Program-made: the position numbers and the translations under genes | Assembly (NCBI GenBank): GCA_046290465.1 | Contig: JBKAGP010000001.1 | Location: 3,232,001 to 3,296,000 of the forward strand | Source of the DNA: Planctomycetota bacterium | Lineage (GTDB): Bacteria; Planctomycetota; UBA1135; UBA2386 | Reading direction: 5' to 3' | DNA length: 64,000 nt | In this document: positions 30,044-39,097 of the stretch, one piece after another | Layout: each line of letters starts with the position of its first letter | Numbering within the stretch: position 1 is the stretch's first letter | Notes under the pieces: model-generated | The model's input: the letters and a program-made list of their open reading frames with translations, nothing else | What the model was told of the DNA's origin: nothing | Databases searched by the model: none

Positions 30044-30212
30044 TGCGCCACAGGCTAGCTGCGCCGCCGGATGGGCGCACCGGTCGTTGGGATGGGCTCT
30101 TGAGCTCCCCGCGCCTGGGATCTACGGGGCAAATGCGAGATGCTAACCGCCGGGAGGTGGGGCATCGGCCGGCACCTGCCAGCACACCCACCGGAGCACC
30201 AACGAGAGCGTC

Positions 30213-32873
30213 ATGAGCCCTGGCCGCATCATCTCGAACCTCGGCAACCCGTTTGCAGCCATGCTCGCCCTGCTCGGCATGGCCGCGGGTCAGTCGGCCC
30301 TGGATGCGGACCAGACCCGCTTCCCGCCGGGCCCACCGCTGGCGTCCAACGGCACCCACGTTCCGGTCATCACGACCCAGACCCGCAACGCTCGCTTCAT
30401 CACGTCAGACACGACCTGGGCCGCAGGCCGTGTCCACCGCGTCGAGAACCCCGGCGGCAATCGCTGCGACCTGGTCATCGACGCCGGCGCCGACCTTCGC
30501 CTCAAGGGGGCCCGCGTCGAGGTGCGCGGCGACGTCTACATCCGCGAGGGCGGGTCGCTGCACCTCGAGGACTGCGAGTTCCTGGTCTACAACAGCTTCA
30601 ACCGCGAGTTCAGCATCTACTTCGAAGGGGGTCGACTGGACAGCGAACGGAGCATCATCGGCGGCCGCCTCGATGCGCAGGGCAGAGGTCAGCTGTGCAA
30701 CATCTACCTCAACAACGGGGTCTGGACGGCGCGTGACACCACCTACGTGAACACCGGCGGGATCCTGGTGGGCCTGCTGGCCGACGACGGCAACGGCGGC
30801 ATCACCGGATTCCGCGGCGAGCCCAACCTCACGGGTGGCGAGCTGATCGCCGACGGCCTGTTCGGCGGGGCCAACAGCGATGCCGTGCACGTGTCCGGCT
30901 GGGGGGACGTGACGATGCGAAACTCGACGAGTTCGATCTCGCTCTACCTCTACGACAACGGCGTCAGCACGGTCGACCTGGACCTCGACAACCAGCAGCG
31001 CATCGTGCACGACGTCTACGGCGATCCGGCGCTGCACGACGCGACCTTCCGAGCCCCCATCAACCACCCGGTCCCGGGCGCGCCGTGGCGACTCGAACTC
31101 GAGAACCACCTCGCGCCCGACTGGCGGCTGCGGATTCTCGAGGTGCGCGACTCGAACGGCGGCAATCTCCGGCGGTTCCGCCTCGCCAATGCCGGGCAGG
31201 TCGTGATCGGAATCGGCGGACTGGGTCTGACACAGGCGCCGGTGCTCGTGGGTCCCTGGCGCAACTACTTCCCGCTGCCCCGCCCGCTGCCGGCACTCCC
31301 CACCGTGCGCCCCCCGGGCGAGAACGCGATCCCACCGGGCTGTGGTGTCCGGATCGGCAACGTGTTGATCGAAGCACCGACCAGCAGTCCGGCGACGTTG
31401 CGCGATTGGATCCACGTGATCAGCTGGGCGTTCAACCTGGACGAGAACTCCGACCTGACGATCCAGGGCAACATGCGGATCGCCGAGGTCATTCTGCAGG
31501 ACTCGCAGCTGTCGCTCAGCAGCGGGAACGGCTTCGACGCGGAGATGGTCGCCTCGTCGTTCAACGTGCTGACCGGACTGCAGTATCCGGGCTTTCCGAC
31601 AACGGCGGACCTGCGGATCTCGGACGCGATCATCGGGGAAACCGGCCTGCAGCCTCAGATCAACTCGTTCGGGCTGGGGACGGTCCTGCTCGAGCGCGTG
31701 CTCGCGCGAAGCCTCAACCTGAGGACCGGCCCGCAGAAGTTCGGCCCGCAACCGCCGCCGAACAACGCGCAGATCCTGGCACGGGAGCTGTGGGACGACG
31801 GGGCGACGACCAGCAACACGACGGCAGGCGGGTCGATCACCATCATGCGCCCGACCACGGCGCAGAACTACGACTTCCAGAACGCCGACTTCGAGGCCCC
31901 CGTGTCGGCTGGCGTACCGCACTATTGGGCGGGCGCCAACGTCGCGGGGTCGAGTTCGACTTCGGTACGCGGCCAGAGTGACGGCGTCACCAGCTACCGC
32001 CTGCGTGGCACGGCAGCCAACGGCCACATCGAGAAGCAGATCGCGTTGCCGCAGGGAACCCTCGTCGGGTTCCGCGGCTGGATCCGCGGCGTCAACATCC
32101 CCGCAGGAGCTGCGATCCAGTGCCAGGTGCGCGGGTCGGCCGGGGGCTCGACGAGCGTCGGCCCGACGATCGTCGCAGGCCAGTGGCGCATGTTCATGAC
32201 GCCGCCGTACGAGGTCACCGCAGCAGACCAACACGTCGTGCTCCGCATCGGCTACGTCGGCGCGCCGGGCAACGGTGGCGGGCTCGAGGTGCTGGTCGAC
32301 GACCTCGACATGGAGGTCCTCAACTGGTGGGATGCGGACAACTTCGTCAACCTCGACTTCGACGCGACCGACCACCATCCGTTCGGCACGTTCGCCAACC
32401 AGGTCAGCGAGGAGTGGGGTCCGGCATACTGGTTCAACTTCGGTGCCTCGGCCTATCTCGAACGCAATCCGCAGGTGCTTCGGTCCGGAGCTGCGCCAGG
32501 CAGCGCGGCCGCCCGGATCGACATGCCGGCGAGCGGCGTGACCCAGCTGAACAAGCAGTGGACCTTCCTCGAACCGGGCCAGACGTTGACGCTCAGCGGG
32601 TGGGTGCGCGGCATTCCCGCGACCGCCGGCAACGACTTCTTCATCAACATGTTCGTCGGACAGGGAGGCCAGGCACTCAACCCGAACAACCCGGCGACCC
32701 TGTTCTGGCAGCACAACACAGCGGCCGGCACCGGCTGGGTTCCGTTCAGCGAGACCTACACCGTGCCAGGGGCGCCGGACTTCGCCGACTTCACCAAGCT
32801 GGCGTTCACGATCACCAGCGGCGCGCCCGGCGACAGCCTGCTGGTCGACGACATCACCATCACGATCCAATAG
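30213..32873 (+). CDS. Large secreted protein with a beta-helix-like N-region and two carbohydrate-binding-module-like domains
   Basis: Hydrophobic N-terminus; two C-terminal modules starting NADFE/NLDFD and ending LVDDLDM/LVDDITI (CBM_4_9-like pattern). Confidence 0.6.
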   Translation: MSPGRIISNLGNPFAAMLALLGMAAGQSALDADQTRFPPGPPLASNGTHVPVITTQTRNARFITSDTTWAAGRVHRVENPGGNRCDLVIDAGADLRLKGARVEVRGDVYIREGGSLHLEDCEFLVYNSFNREFSIYFEGGRLDSERSIIGGRLDAQGRGQLCNIYLNNGVWTARDTTYVNTGGILVGLLADDGNGGITGFRGEPNLTGGELIADGLFGGANSDAVHVSGWGDVTMRNSTSSISLYLYDNGVSTVDLDLDNQQRIVHDVYGDPALHDATFRAPINHPVPGAPWRLELENHLAPDWRLRILEVRDSNGGNLRRFRLANAGQVVIGIGGLGLTQAPVLVGPWRNYFPLPRPLPALPTVRPPGENAIPPGCGVRIGNVLIEAPTSSPATLRDWIHVISWAFNLDENSDLTIQGNMRIAEVILQDSQLSLSSGNGFDAEMVASSFNVLTGLQYPGFPTTADLRISDAIIGETGLQPQINSFGLGTVLLERVLARSLNLRTGPQKFGPQPPPNNAQILARELWDDGATTSNTTAGGSITIMRPTTAQNYDFQNADFEAPVSAGVPHYWAGANVAGSSSTSVRGQSDGVTSYRLRGTAANGHIEKQIALPQGTLVGFRGWIRGVNIPAGAAIQCQVRGSAGGSTSVGPTIVAGQWRMFMTPPYEVTAADQHVVLRIGYVGAPGNGGGLEVLVDDLDMEVLNWWDADNFVNLDFDATDHHPFGTFANQVSEEWGPAYWFNFGASAYLERNPQVLRSGAAPGSAAARIDMPASGVTQLNKQWTFLEPGQTLTLSGWVRGIPATAGNDFFINMFVGQGGQALNPNNPATLFWQHNTAAGTGWVPFSETYTVPGAPDFADFTKLAFTITSGAPGDSLLVDDITITIQ

Positions 32874-32883
32874 GGAGACGCAG

Positions 32884-34002
32884 ATGCGAGCAGCACGACT
32901 CAGCGGCGTAGGCATGGTGCTCATGGCAGCGTGCGCGGCAGCTCCTCATGTGACCGCCCAGTACCACTACTGGCCGGCCGGTTTCGCGAACCAGCCCGGT
33001 GGCTCCGCCCAGGCGACTCCGTTTTCGATCTCGCCCAATACGGCGACGTCCAACACCCGAGCCCTGTGCACGCTCAAGGCCGCGTCGCTACCGTTCGGGC
33101 CCGGCACGGTGCTCAACGAACTCGCGTTTCGCCGCGACTCCCAGCACGCCACCGGCTACCCCGCCGTCAACGGCAACCTGCGCGTCAAGATCGGCGTGGT
33201 CCCCGATGCCATGCGCCCCTCGGGGAGGTTCCAGTCGGCATGGCTGGGTGAGCCGCAGCAGGTCTTCAACGGCACCCCGTTCTCGCTGCCGAACGCGCCG
33301 TTCCCCGGCTCGGGAACGGCAGCGCCGTTCGACCTGGTGATCCCGTTCACGAAGCCGTTCACCTACCTGGGCGGCGACCTCGGCATCGACATCGAGTGGA
33401 CCGGCCCGCCCAACACCGACTGGAAGCGCGACGCGATCCAGCTTCCGTTCGACCAATCCGGCGACTTCCGGGCACTCGGCGCAGGCTGCCCCGGGTCGAC
33501 GACCTACGGACCCAACCTCTGGGTCGATGTGCAGAACCTGCGGCCAGGGGGGTCGATCAACCTGCGCCTGGACGGCTGCGCACCACCTGCACTGGCGTCC
33601 TTCTACCTGGGACTACCGACCACCAGCCCGGTGCCGCTGTCGCCATTCGGGTTGGGCGCCACATGCGCGGCGCACATCGGCCCGGCCCTGACGTGGAACA
33701 GCCTCGTCGGCGACGTTTCGACCCGGTATGCCCGCGCGCGCCTCGACCTGCCGCTGCCCAACGACCCCCTGCTGATCGGAGCACCGCTGTCGTTCCAGGC
33801 GCTGGCACTGGACTTCTTCGTCGCGTCCAGCGCGCCGTTCGTCTCCTCCAACGCGATCGACGTGATCTGCGGCGCACCGTCGGGCATCGCGCCCGTCGAG
33901 TATGGCCGCACGATCTGGGTGTGGGGTTCACGCGGCAACAACCGGGTCGACGGGTCGTTCGTGTCCCCGCCCAACTACGTGCCGGTCATTCGATTTGGCT
34001 GA
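32884..34002 (+). CDS. Secreted hypothetical protein
   Basis: GGGAG RBS, signal peptide, and LGAGCPG..LRPGG..LPLPNDPLLIG..FQAL..SNA module. Confidence 0.7.
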   Translation: MRAARLSGVGMVLMAACAAAPHVTAQYHYWPAGFANQPGGSAQATPFSISPNTATSNTRALCTLKAASLPFGPGTVLNELAFRRDSQHATGYPAVNGNLRVKIGVVPDAMRPSGRFQSAWLGEPQQVFNGTPFSLPNAPFPGSGTAAPFDLVIPFTKPFTYLGGDLGIDIEWTGPPNTDWKRDAIQLPFDQSGDFRALGAGCPGSTTYGPNLWVDVQNLRPGGSINLRLDGCAPPALASFYLGLPTTSPVPLSPFGLGATCAAHIGPALTWNSLVGDVSTRYARARLDLPLPNDPLLIGAPLSFQALALDFFVASSAPFVSSNAIDVICGAPSGIAPVEYGRTIWVWGSRGNNRVDGSFVSPPNYVPVIRFG

Positions 34003-34037
34003 GCGTGCTGCGGGTGCGTGGCGCGACCCGCGCCCTC

Positions 34038-34652
34038 TTATTGGAAGCCGTAGCTGAACTCCGCGCCGACGTAGCCGCCGAAGTTCGGGTCGACCGAGGC
34101 GCTGCCGGGGCAGGCGTTCCAGAGGTTGTTGAGGGCGAAGCCGCGCGTGCGCAGCTGCCAGTTCTCGAAGGTCCAGCCCGACAGGCCCTGGCAGACGCTC
34201 GCCGGAGCGGTCGGGAATGCCGTCAGGCCGGGGAACAGCTGGGCACCGAGCGACGCGAACGTCTCGTCGTACATCCCCCAGTCGTAGCTGGTGGTCAACA
34301 GCGAGTACGGCGACGACGCGCCGGCGGCCGGCTGGTGCGCGCATGCGTCGCCGGACAGGTAGCCCCAGTTGGTCGCGCGCATCGTGCAGCGCAGCCAGTT
34401 GCCGGCGCCGAACGACAGGTCCATCGACGCGTCCGGCTCGAAGCGCATGAACGGGGCGAGGTCGCCGATCGGCAGCACCGCGACGAACGAGTCCGGCTGC
34501 ACGCCCGGCACCACCGCCGCCAGCCCCCAGTCCACCAGCAGGTTGCTCGGGGTGCCGTTGAGGTAGACGCGGGTCGCCTGCGCCTCGGCGGCGGCGGACA
34601 GGGCGACCACGGACAGGGCGGTGCACACGATCGAACGACTCATCTTCTTCAT
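34038..34652 (-). CDS. Secreted hypothetical protein
   Basis: Signal peptide ending AEA-Q, GC3-biased codons, and a TAGTCT box 7 nt before ATG 34652. Confidence 0.65.
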   Translation of the reverse strand: MKKMSRSIVCTALSVVALSAAAEAQATRVYLNGTPSNLLVDWGLAAVVPGVQPDSFVAVLPIGDLAPFMRFEPDASMDLSFGAGNWLRCTMRATNWGYLSGDACAHQPAAGASSPYSLLTTSYDWGMYDETFASLGAQLFPGLTAFPTAPASVCQGLSGWTFENWQLRTRGFALNNLWNACPGSASVDPNFGGYVGAEFSYGFQ

Positions 34653-34723
34653 GATGCGAAGACTAGCCACGAATCGACCGCTGAAAAGCCCCTCCGGCAG
34701 CTCCCCCGACGGGGGCTCGCGGC

Positions 34724-36151
34724 TCAGCGTACGAGGCGCGCGTAGCGATAGTACGACTGCAGCGTGAGCACCATCAGCGCGGTCGAGTAGATGCGGCCAC
34801 CGGACTCACCCCAGACGCCGACCGGATCCCACGAACCGCCGGCGTGACCCTTGTGGCGCTGGTTGCCGAGCACCGCCGGCAGCATGCGCTTGGACCAGCT
34901 CCGCCAGTGCTTGCCGCCCATCTGGTACATCGCGTAGGTGCCGTAGTACCAGTAGTAGTGGTCGATGCTGCCGCCCTTCTCGCTCCACTTCGGCGGCTTC
35001 TTCAGCATCAGGTCGGCAGCGGCCTTCATCACCGGCTTGTCCTTCGGGCTCTGGCCGAGGAAGAAGCGGCAGAACAGGGCCGCGGCCGTCAGCGTCTCGG
35101 TCTTTTCGATCGGGAACGCGGTGGCGTGCTGGCCAGGCATGCGCGAACTGCCCTCGCCCTGCTTGGTGTAGCCGTGGCGGCCGTCGGGGCTGCTGACCTG
35201 GTCGAGGAACGTCAGGCCGAGCTCGAGCGCGTTCGGGTTGACCTCGAGGTTGAAGAACTCGCCCGACTTGAGCGCCATCAGGCACCACGAGGTCACCGAC
35301 GTGTCGTTGTCGTTGTCACGCGGCTGGTAGCGCCAGACGGAGTACGGGTTGCGGTGCGACTCGAGGTAGTTGAGGGCCTGTTGGGCGCAGTTCTTGAGCA
35401 GCGTGTAGTTGGAGAGCCCGTAGGCCTCGCACATCGCGTAGGTCGCGATCGCGTGGTCGTAGATGAAGTCGTGCGACGCGTTGGTGCCGAACAGGCCGTT
35501 CTCCTGTTGCTGGTTCCTGAGCCAGCGCGCCGCCCGCTTGAGGTTCTCGCGGTGCGGCCCCGAACGCAGCGTGCTGCCGTCGCCGAGCATCGCCAGCATC
35601 GCAAGGCCGGTGACCCCGACGTCGTGGATCGCGTTGCCGGGGCCGTCGCAGGGCTCGCCCTCGGTGTCGTGCTTCATGAAGCCGTCGGCGTCCCAGCGGC
35701 CGGTCTCGTCCTGGTGCCGCGCCAGCCAGTTCAGGCCGGCTTCGATCGCGCCGCCGGCCTTGCCCGGGCTCTTGGCGCCGCCGCGGGCACCGTAGCGCCC
35801 GCCGGCACCGCCGAGCTGGGCTTCGTCGACCTCGACCTCGTCGACCTCAACCTCGTCGACCTGCACGTCTTCGGCGACGGCGACAGCTGCCGGCCCGTCC
35901 TTCGGCTCAGCCTCGACGACCTCGACGCCGACCTTCGGCGTGTTCCACATGACCGCCGGGGCCTTCGGGAAGCGCGCCTTGCGTCGCAGCGCCAGCGTGT
36001 CGACGTCGAACTGGTAGACCCAGCCCCCCCGCACCACGAACAGGTATTTGTCCGTCGCCAGCATGCCGGGCGGCTCCTGGGCCGTGGCCGGGGCGACGAA
36101 GAGGGCGGAGAAGGCGGTGATCGCCAACGCGAGGACTGCGTTTCGGGCCAT
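34724..36151 (-). CDS. Secreted prenyltransferase/squalene-oxidase repeat protein
   Basis: GLNWLARHQDETGRW, DVGVTGLAMLAMLG, WLRNQQQENG, WRYQP..DTSVT, YYWYYGTYAMYQ, GSWDP and GGRIYSTA motifs. Confidence 0.85.
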   Translation of the reverse strand: MARNAVLALAITAFSALFVAPATAQEPPGMLATDKYLFVVRGGWVYQFDVDTLALRRKARFPKAPAVMWNTPKVGVEVVEAEPKDGPAAVAVAEDVQVDEVEVDEVEVDEAQLGGAGGRYGARGGAKSPGKAGGAIEAGLNWLARHQDETGRWDADGFMKHDTEGEPCDGPGNAIHDVGVTGLAMLAMLGDGSTLRSGPHRENLKRAARWLRNQQQENGLFGTNASHDFIYDHAIATYAMCEAYGLSNYTLLKNCAQQALNYLESHRNPYSVWRYQPRDNDNDTSVTSWCLMALKSGEFFNLEVNPNALELGLTFLDQVSSPDGRHGYTKQGEGSSRMPGQHATAFPIEKTETLTAAALFCRFFLGQSPKDKPVMKAAADLMLKKPPKWSEKGGSIDHYYWYYGTYAMYQMGGKHWRSWSKRMLPAVLGNQRHKGHAGGSWDPVGVWGESGGRIYSTALMVLTLQSYYRYARLVR

Positions 36152-36274
36152 AGCGAGAGGGTGCTCTGGGTTTGGAGCCAAGCGCAACGAGCGGAACGGG
36201 CCGCGGTTCAGAGGAATCCGGGGCGGACGCGCGATCGCGACGGCCGCGCTGGCATCGGCCGGTCCACGGCCGGA

Positions 36275-36339
36275 GTTGAACATGTTCAACAAATCCGAAA
36301 CTCGGCCGGGGCCGGGCTGTTCTTGAACACGTTCAAGAA
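36275..36339. promoter_or_regulatory. Two palindromic operators (TTGAACAYGTTCAA), probably for the downstream TetR
   Basis: GTTGAACATGTTCAAC (36275-90, perfect) and TTCTTGAACACGTTCAAGAA (36320-39), both AT-rich, in a divergent intergenic region. Confidence 0.75.
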
Positions 36340-36396
36340 AAGTGGCACCGACGCCACCGCACCCAAGGCCGGCGACGGCCTGCCCCGGAGGCACGC

Positions 36397-36534
36397 ATGA
36401 AGAACGACGACCCGAGACGGTGCTTCGCCCGCGACCTCGCCCTGATGCTGCTCGGCGCGACCCTGGCCATCGTGGCGCTGGGCGCCGTGCTGGCCGGAGG
36501 CTGCTGCATGCTGCCGGGGATCGGACCGATCTGA
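36397..36534 (+). CDS. Small single-TM protein (45 aa)
   Basis: GGAGG RBS; MKNDDPRRCFARDLALMLLGATLAIVALGAVLAGGCCMLPGIGPI. Below the ORF-track cut-off. Confidence 0.55.
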   Translation: MKNDDPRRCFARDLALMLLGATLAIVALGAVLAGGCCMLPGIGPI

Positions 36535-36561
36535 TCGCCGCACCAACGAAGGAGACCTGCC

Positions 36562-37008
36562 ATGAACGTCACCATCTACGCCTACGTGGCCTACGTGTTG
36601 CTCAGCGTCGCCCTGACCGTCTGGGTCGGGCGCACGCTGCACAAGAACGGCCGCGCGTTCCTGATCGATGTGTTCGCCGATCGCGAAGACCTCGCCGACT
36701 CGGTCAACCACCTGCTGGTGGTCGGCTTCTACCTGATCAACTTCGGCTACATCGCGCTGGCGTTGAAGCTGACCGAGCGCGCCGAGAACGCCACCGACGC
36801 GTTCGAGGCGGTCAGCTACAAGGTCGGCCTGGTGCTGGTCGTGCTCGGGTTGATGCACTTCTTCAACCTGTTCTTGTTCAGCCGCATCCGCGCCAACAAG
36901 CGAATTGCCCAGGCGCCGCGACCGGTGCCGCCGGACGCGATCGTGCAGCCCGACGGCACGCTCGCCGCGGTCGACAAGCTGCAGCAACGCGGCGATCCGG
37001 AGGCCTGA
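36562..37008 (+). CDS. Conserved integral membrane protein
   Basis: AAGGAG RBS; LHKNGRAFL..LADSVNHLLVVGFYLINFG..KVG..LGLMHFFN. Confidence 0.85.
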   Translation: MNVTIYAYVAYVLLSVALTVWVGRTLHKNGRAFLIDVFADREDLADSVNHLLVVGFYLINFGYIALALKLTERAENATDAFEAVSYKVGLVLVVLGLMHFFNLFLFSRIRANKRIAQAPRPVPPDAIVQPDGTLAAVDKLQQRGDPEA

Positions 37009-37011
37009 GCC

Positions 37012-37365
37012 ATGACGCCGCACGACCTGCAGCTGACGGTGTGGTTCGACGGCGACTGCGCCCTGTGCAAGCGGGTCGCGAAGTGGCTGGAGCACCAGCC
37101 GAAGTTCGTGCCGGTGCACTGCGCGCCGGCGCAGACGGCCGCCGCGGCCGGGTGCCCGCTGGACACCAGGGCGCTGCTCGACAAGGTCACCGTGACCGCC
37201 AGTGACGGCGCCGTCTACCGCGGCACCAACGCGTGGATCACGGTCTTGTGGGCGCTGCGCAACTACCGCGGCTGGTCGCTGCGGTTCGCGCGCGACCAGT
37301 GGCGCCCGGTCGCCGAGAACCTGTTCGCGGTGGTCGCCGGGCTGGCCAAGTTGACGAAGAAGTGA
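37012..37365 (+). CDS. DCC1-like thiol-disulfide oxidoreductase (DUF393)
   Basis: N-terminal FDGDCALC (DxxCxxC) motif. Confidence 0.85.
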   Translation: MTPHDLQLTVWFDGDCALCKRVAKWLEHQPKFVPVHCAPAQTAAAAGCPLDTRALLDKVTVTASDGAVYRGTNAWITVLWALRNYRGWSLRFARDQWRPVAENLFAVVAGLAKLTKK

Positions 37366-37404
37366 ATCCGCCGCCGCCCGGTGCGCGTAGCCTTGGCCAT
37401 CGTC

Positions 37405-38076
37405 ATGACGGCCGGCAAGGGAGCGCGCACCAAGCAGAAGATCGTCGACGCGGCGCTGCAGCTGTTCCGCGAGCACGGTTACGAGGCGACCACGATGCGC
37501 ATGGTCGCCGAGCATGCCGGCGTCTCGCTCGGCAACGCCTACTACTACTTCAAGAGCAAGGACCTGCTGCTGCAGGCGTTCTACCGCGAGGTGCACGAGA
37601 CGTTCGTCGCGAAGGCGCGGCCGCACCTGGACCGGGAGCGCAAATTCGACGCCAGGCTGCGCGCGACGATGCTCGCCTGGCTCGAGGCGATCGAGCCCTA
37701 CCACCGCTTCAGCGCGCTGATGTTCCGCAGCGCCGCCGATCCGGAGAGCCCGCTCAACCCGTTCCATCCGGCCGGTGAGCACACCCGGCAGGTCGGGGAG
37801 GAGCTGTTCGCGGAGGTCGTCGCCGGCAGCACCGCGCGACCGCCGAAGGCCCTCGCTGCCGAACTGCCCGGCCTGCTGTGGACCTACATGATGGGCACGG
37901 TGCTCTACTGGATCCACGACCGCAGCGACGGCCGCGCCCGCACCCACGCACTGATCGACCGCACCGTCGACCTGATCGCCAGCGCCGTCAGACTGTCCGG
38001 CAACCCACTGCTGCGCCCGTTCCAACGCAAGGTGCTCGCCCTGATCCACGACCTCCAGTTCCCCAAAGCCAACTGA
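37405..38076 (+). CDS. TetR/AcrR family transcriptional regulator
   Basis: HTH GYEATTMRMVAEHAGVSLGNAYYYFKSK, plus SPLNPF and YWIHDRS. Confidence 0.92.
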   Translation: MTAGKGARTKQKIVDAALQLFREHGYEATTMRMVAEHAGVSLGNAYYYFKSKDLLLQAFYREVHETFVAKARPHLDRERKFDARLRATMLAWLEAIEPYHRFSALMFRSAADPESPLNPFHPAGEHTRQVGEELFAEVVAGSTARPPKALAAELPGLLWTYMMGTVLYWIHDRSDGRARTHALIDRTVDLIASAVRLSGNPLLRPFQRKVLALIHDLQFPKAN

Positions 38077-38167
38077 CCCAACATGAACCCGGTTCCGTAT
38101 GCGGCCCCAGTGCCGGATACGGGGCTTGGGGCCGCATACGGAACCGGGTTCATGTTGGGTCAGTTGG
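38069..38167. repeat. Perfect 41-bp inverted repeat with a 17-nt spacer between convergent genes
   Basis: CCAACTGACCCAACATGAACCCGGTTCCGTATGCGGCCCCA (38069-38109) and its exact reverse complement (38127-38167). Confidence 0.92.
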
Positions 38168-39088
38168 TTGGGGGCGGGTGTCGGTGAGGGCGGTGACGAT
38201 CGGGGTGGCGGCGCGGTCGACCTGGTTGGTGACGGGGACCAGTTCGACGAACGGTACGAACTCGCGCAGCAGCAGGTCGCGGCGCAGTTCGAAGCAGAGC
38301 GTGCGGCCGGGGAAGCGCCGCGCGAAGTCGAACGCCAGCGTCGACGGGTGCAGCTTGTAGGTGTCGTTGCGAACCGCCTGGAAGCCGGCCTCGACGAAGC
38401 GCTGCTCGGTCGCGCGCGCGAGCAAGGCGTGGGCCAGTTCGCGGTCGTCGTCGTCGTGCGTGATCAGGTCGACCTCGGGGCGCAACGGCCAGGTCTCCAC
38501 CTTGCCGGGCGCATACGCATCGCGCAGCGTGCGGCCGATGTCGCCGTCGACCGTGACCGCGAGGCTGCGCGGGGCGTAGGTGTGCACACACAGCGCGTCA
38601 CCGCCGGCACCGCAGACCCGTTCGAACGCGGCCTCGACGACCTCCCGGTAGGCGAAGTAGCGATCGAGCAGCAGTTCACGATCGGCCGGGTGCTCGATCC
38701 ACGGCGGCAGCCCCGGCGTCATCTCGCCCGGTTTCGAACCGGCGGCGACCGTGTCGCGATCGATCCTGCGGTTGGTGTCGACGAAGGTGCGCGGCAGCTC
38801 GCAGCGGACCACGACCGCACAGGCCGTCGGCGTCGCGGCGACGTGCTGGTGCGCGATCGCCGCCGCCAGCTCCGGCGCGCCGACGTCGGTGTTGACGAAG
38901 AAGAAGTCGCGCAGGCCGTCGTCGTAGTCGCCCCGCAGCTCGGCGCGCAGCTCGTCGAAGTGCCGCGCCCGCGTCGCACCGTGCGGGACCTCGAGCAGCA
39001 GGTCCGGCGGCGCCGCCGGATCGGCGTGCGCACCGCGCACCAACTCCACCTCACAGACCTTGTCGATCGAACGCACGCTGTCGGGCAT
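38150..39088 (-). CDS. N-formylglutamate amidohydrolase-like protein
   Basis: LLLEVPHG, NTDVGA, PRTFVDTNR, CVHTY and CFELRRDL (Zn-hydrolase pattern). Confidence 0.65.
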   Translation of the reverse strand: MPDSVRSIDKVCEVELVRGAHADPAAPPDLLLEVPHGATRARHFDELRAELRGDYDDGLRDFFFVNTDVGAPELAAAIAHQHVAATPTACAVVVRCELPRTFVDTNRRIDRDTVAAGSKPGEMTPGLPPWIEHPADRELLLDRYFAYREVVEAAFERVCGAGGDALCVHTYAPRSLAVTVDGDIGRTLRDAYAPGKVETWPLRPEVDLITHDDDDRELAHALLARATEQRFVEAGFQAVRNDTYKLHPSTLAFDFARRFPGRTLCFELRRDLLLREFVPFVELVPVTNQVDRAATPIVTALTDTRPQPTDPT

Positions 39089-39097
39089 GCCCGAGTT

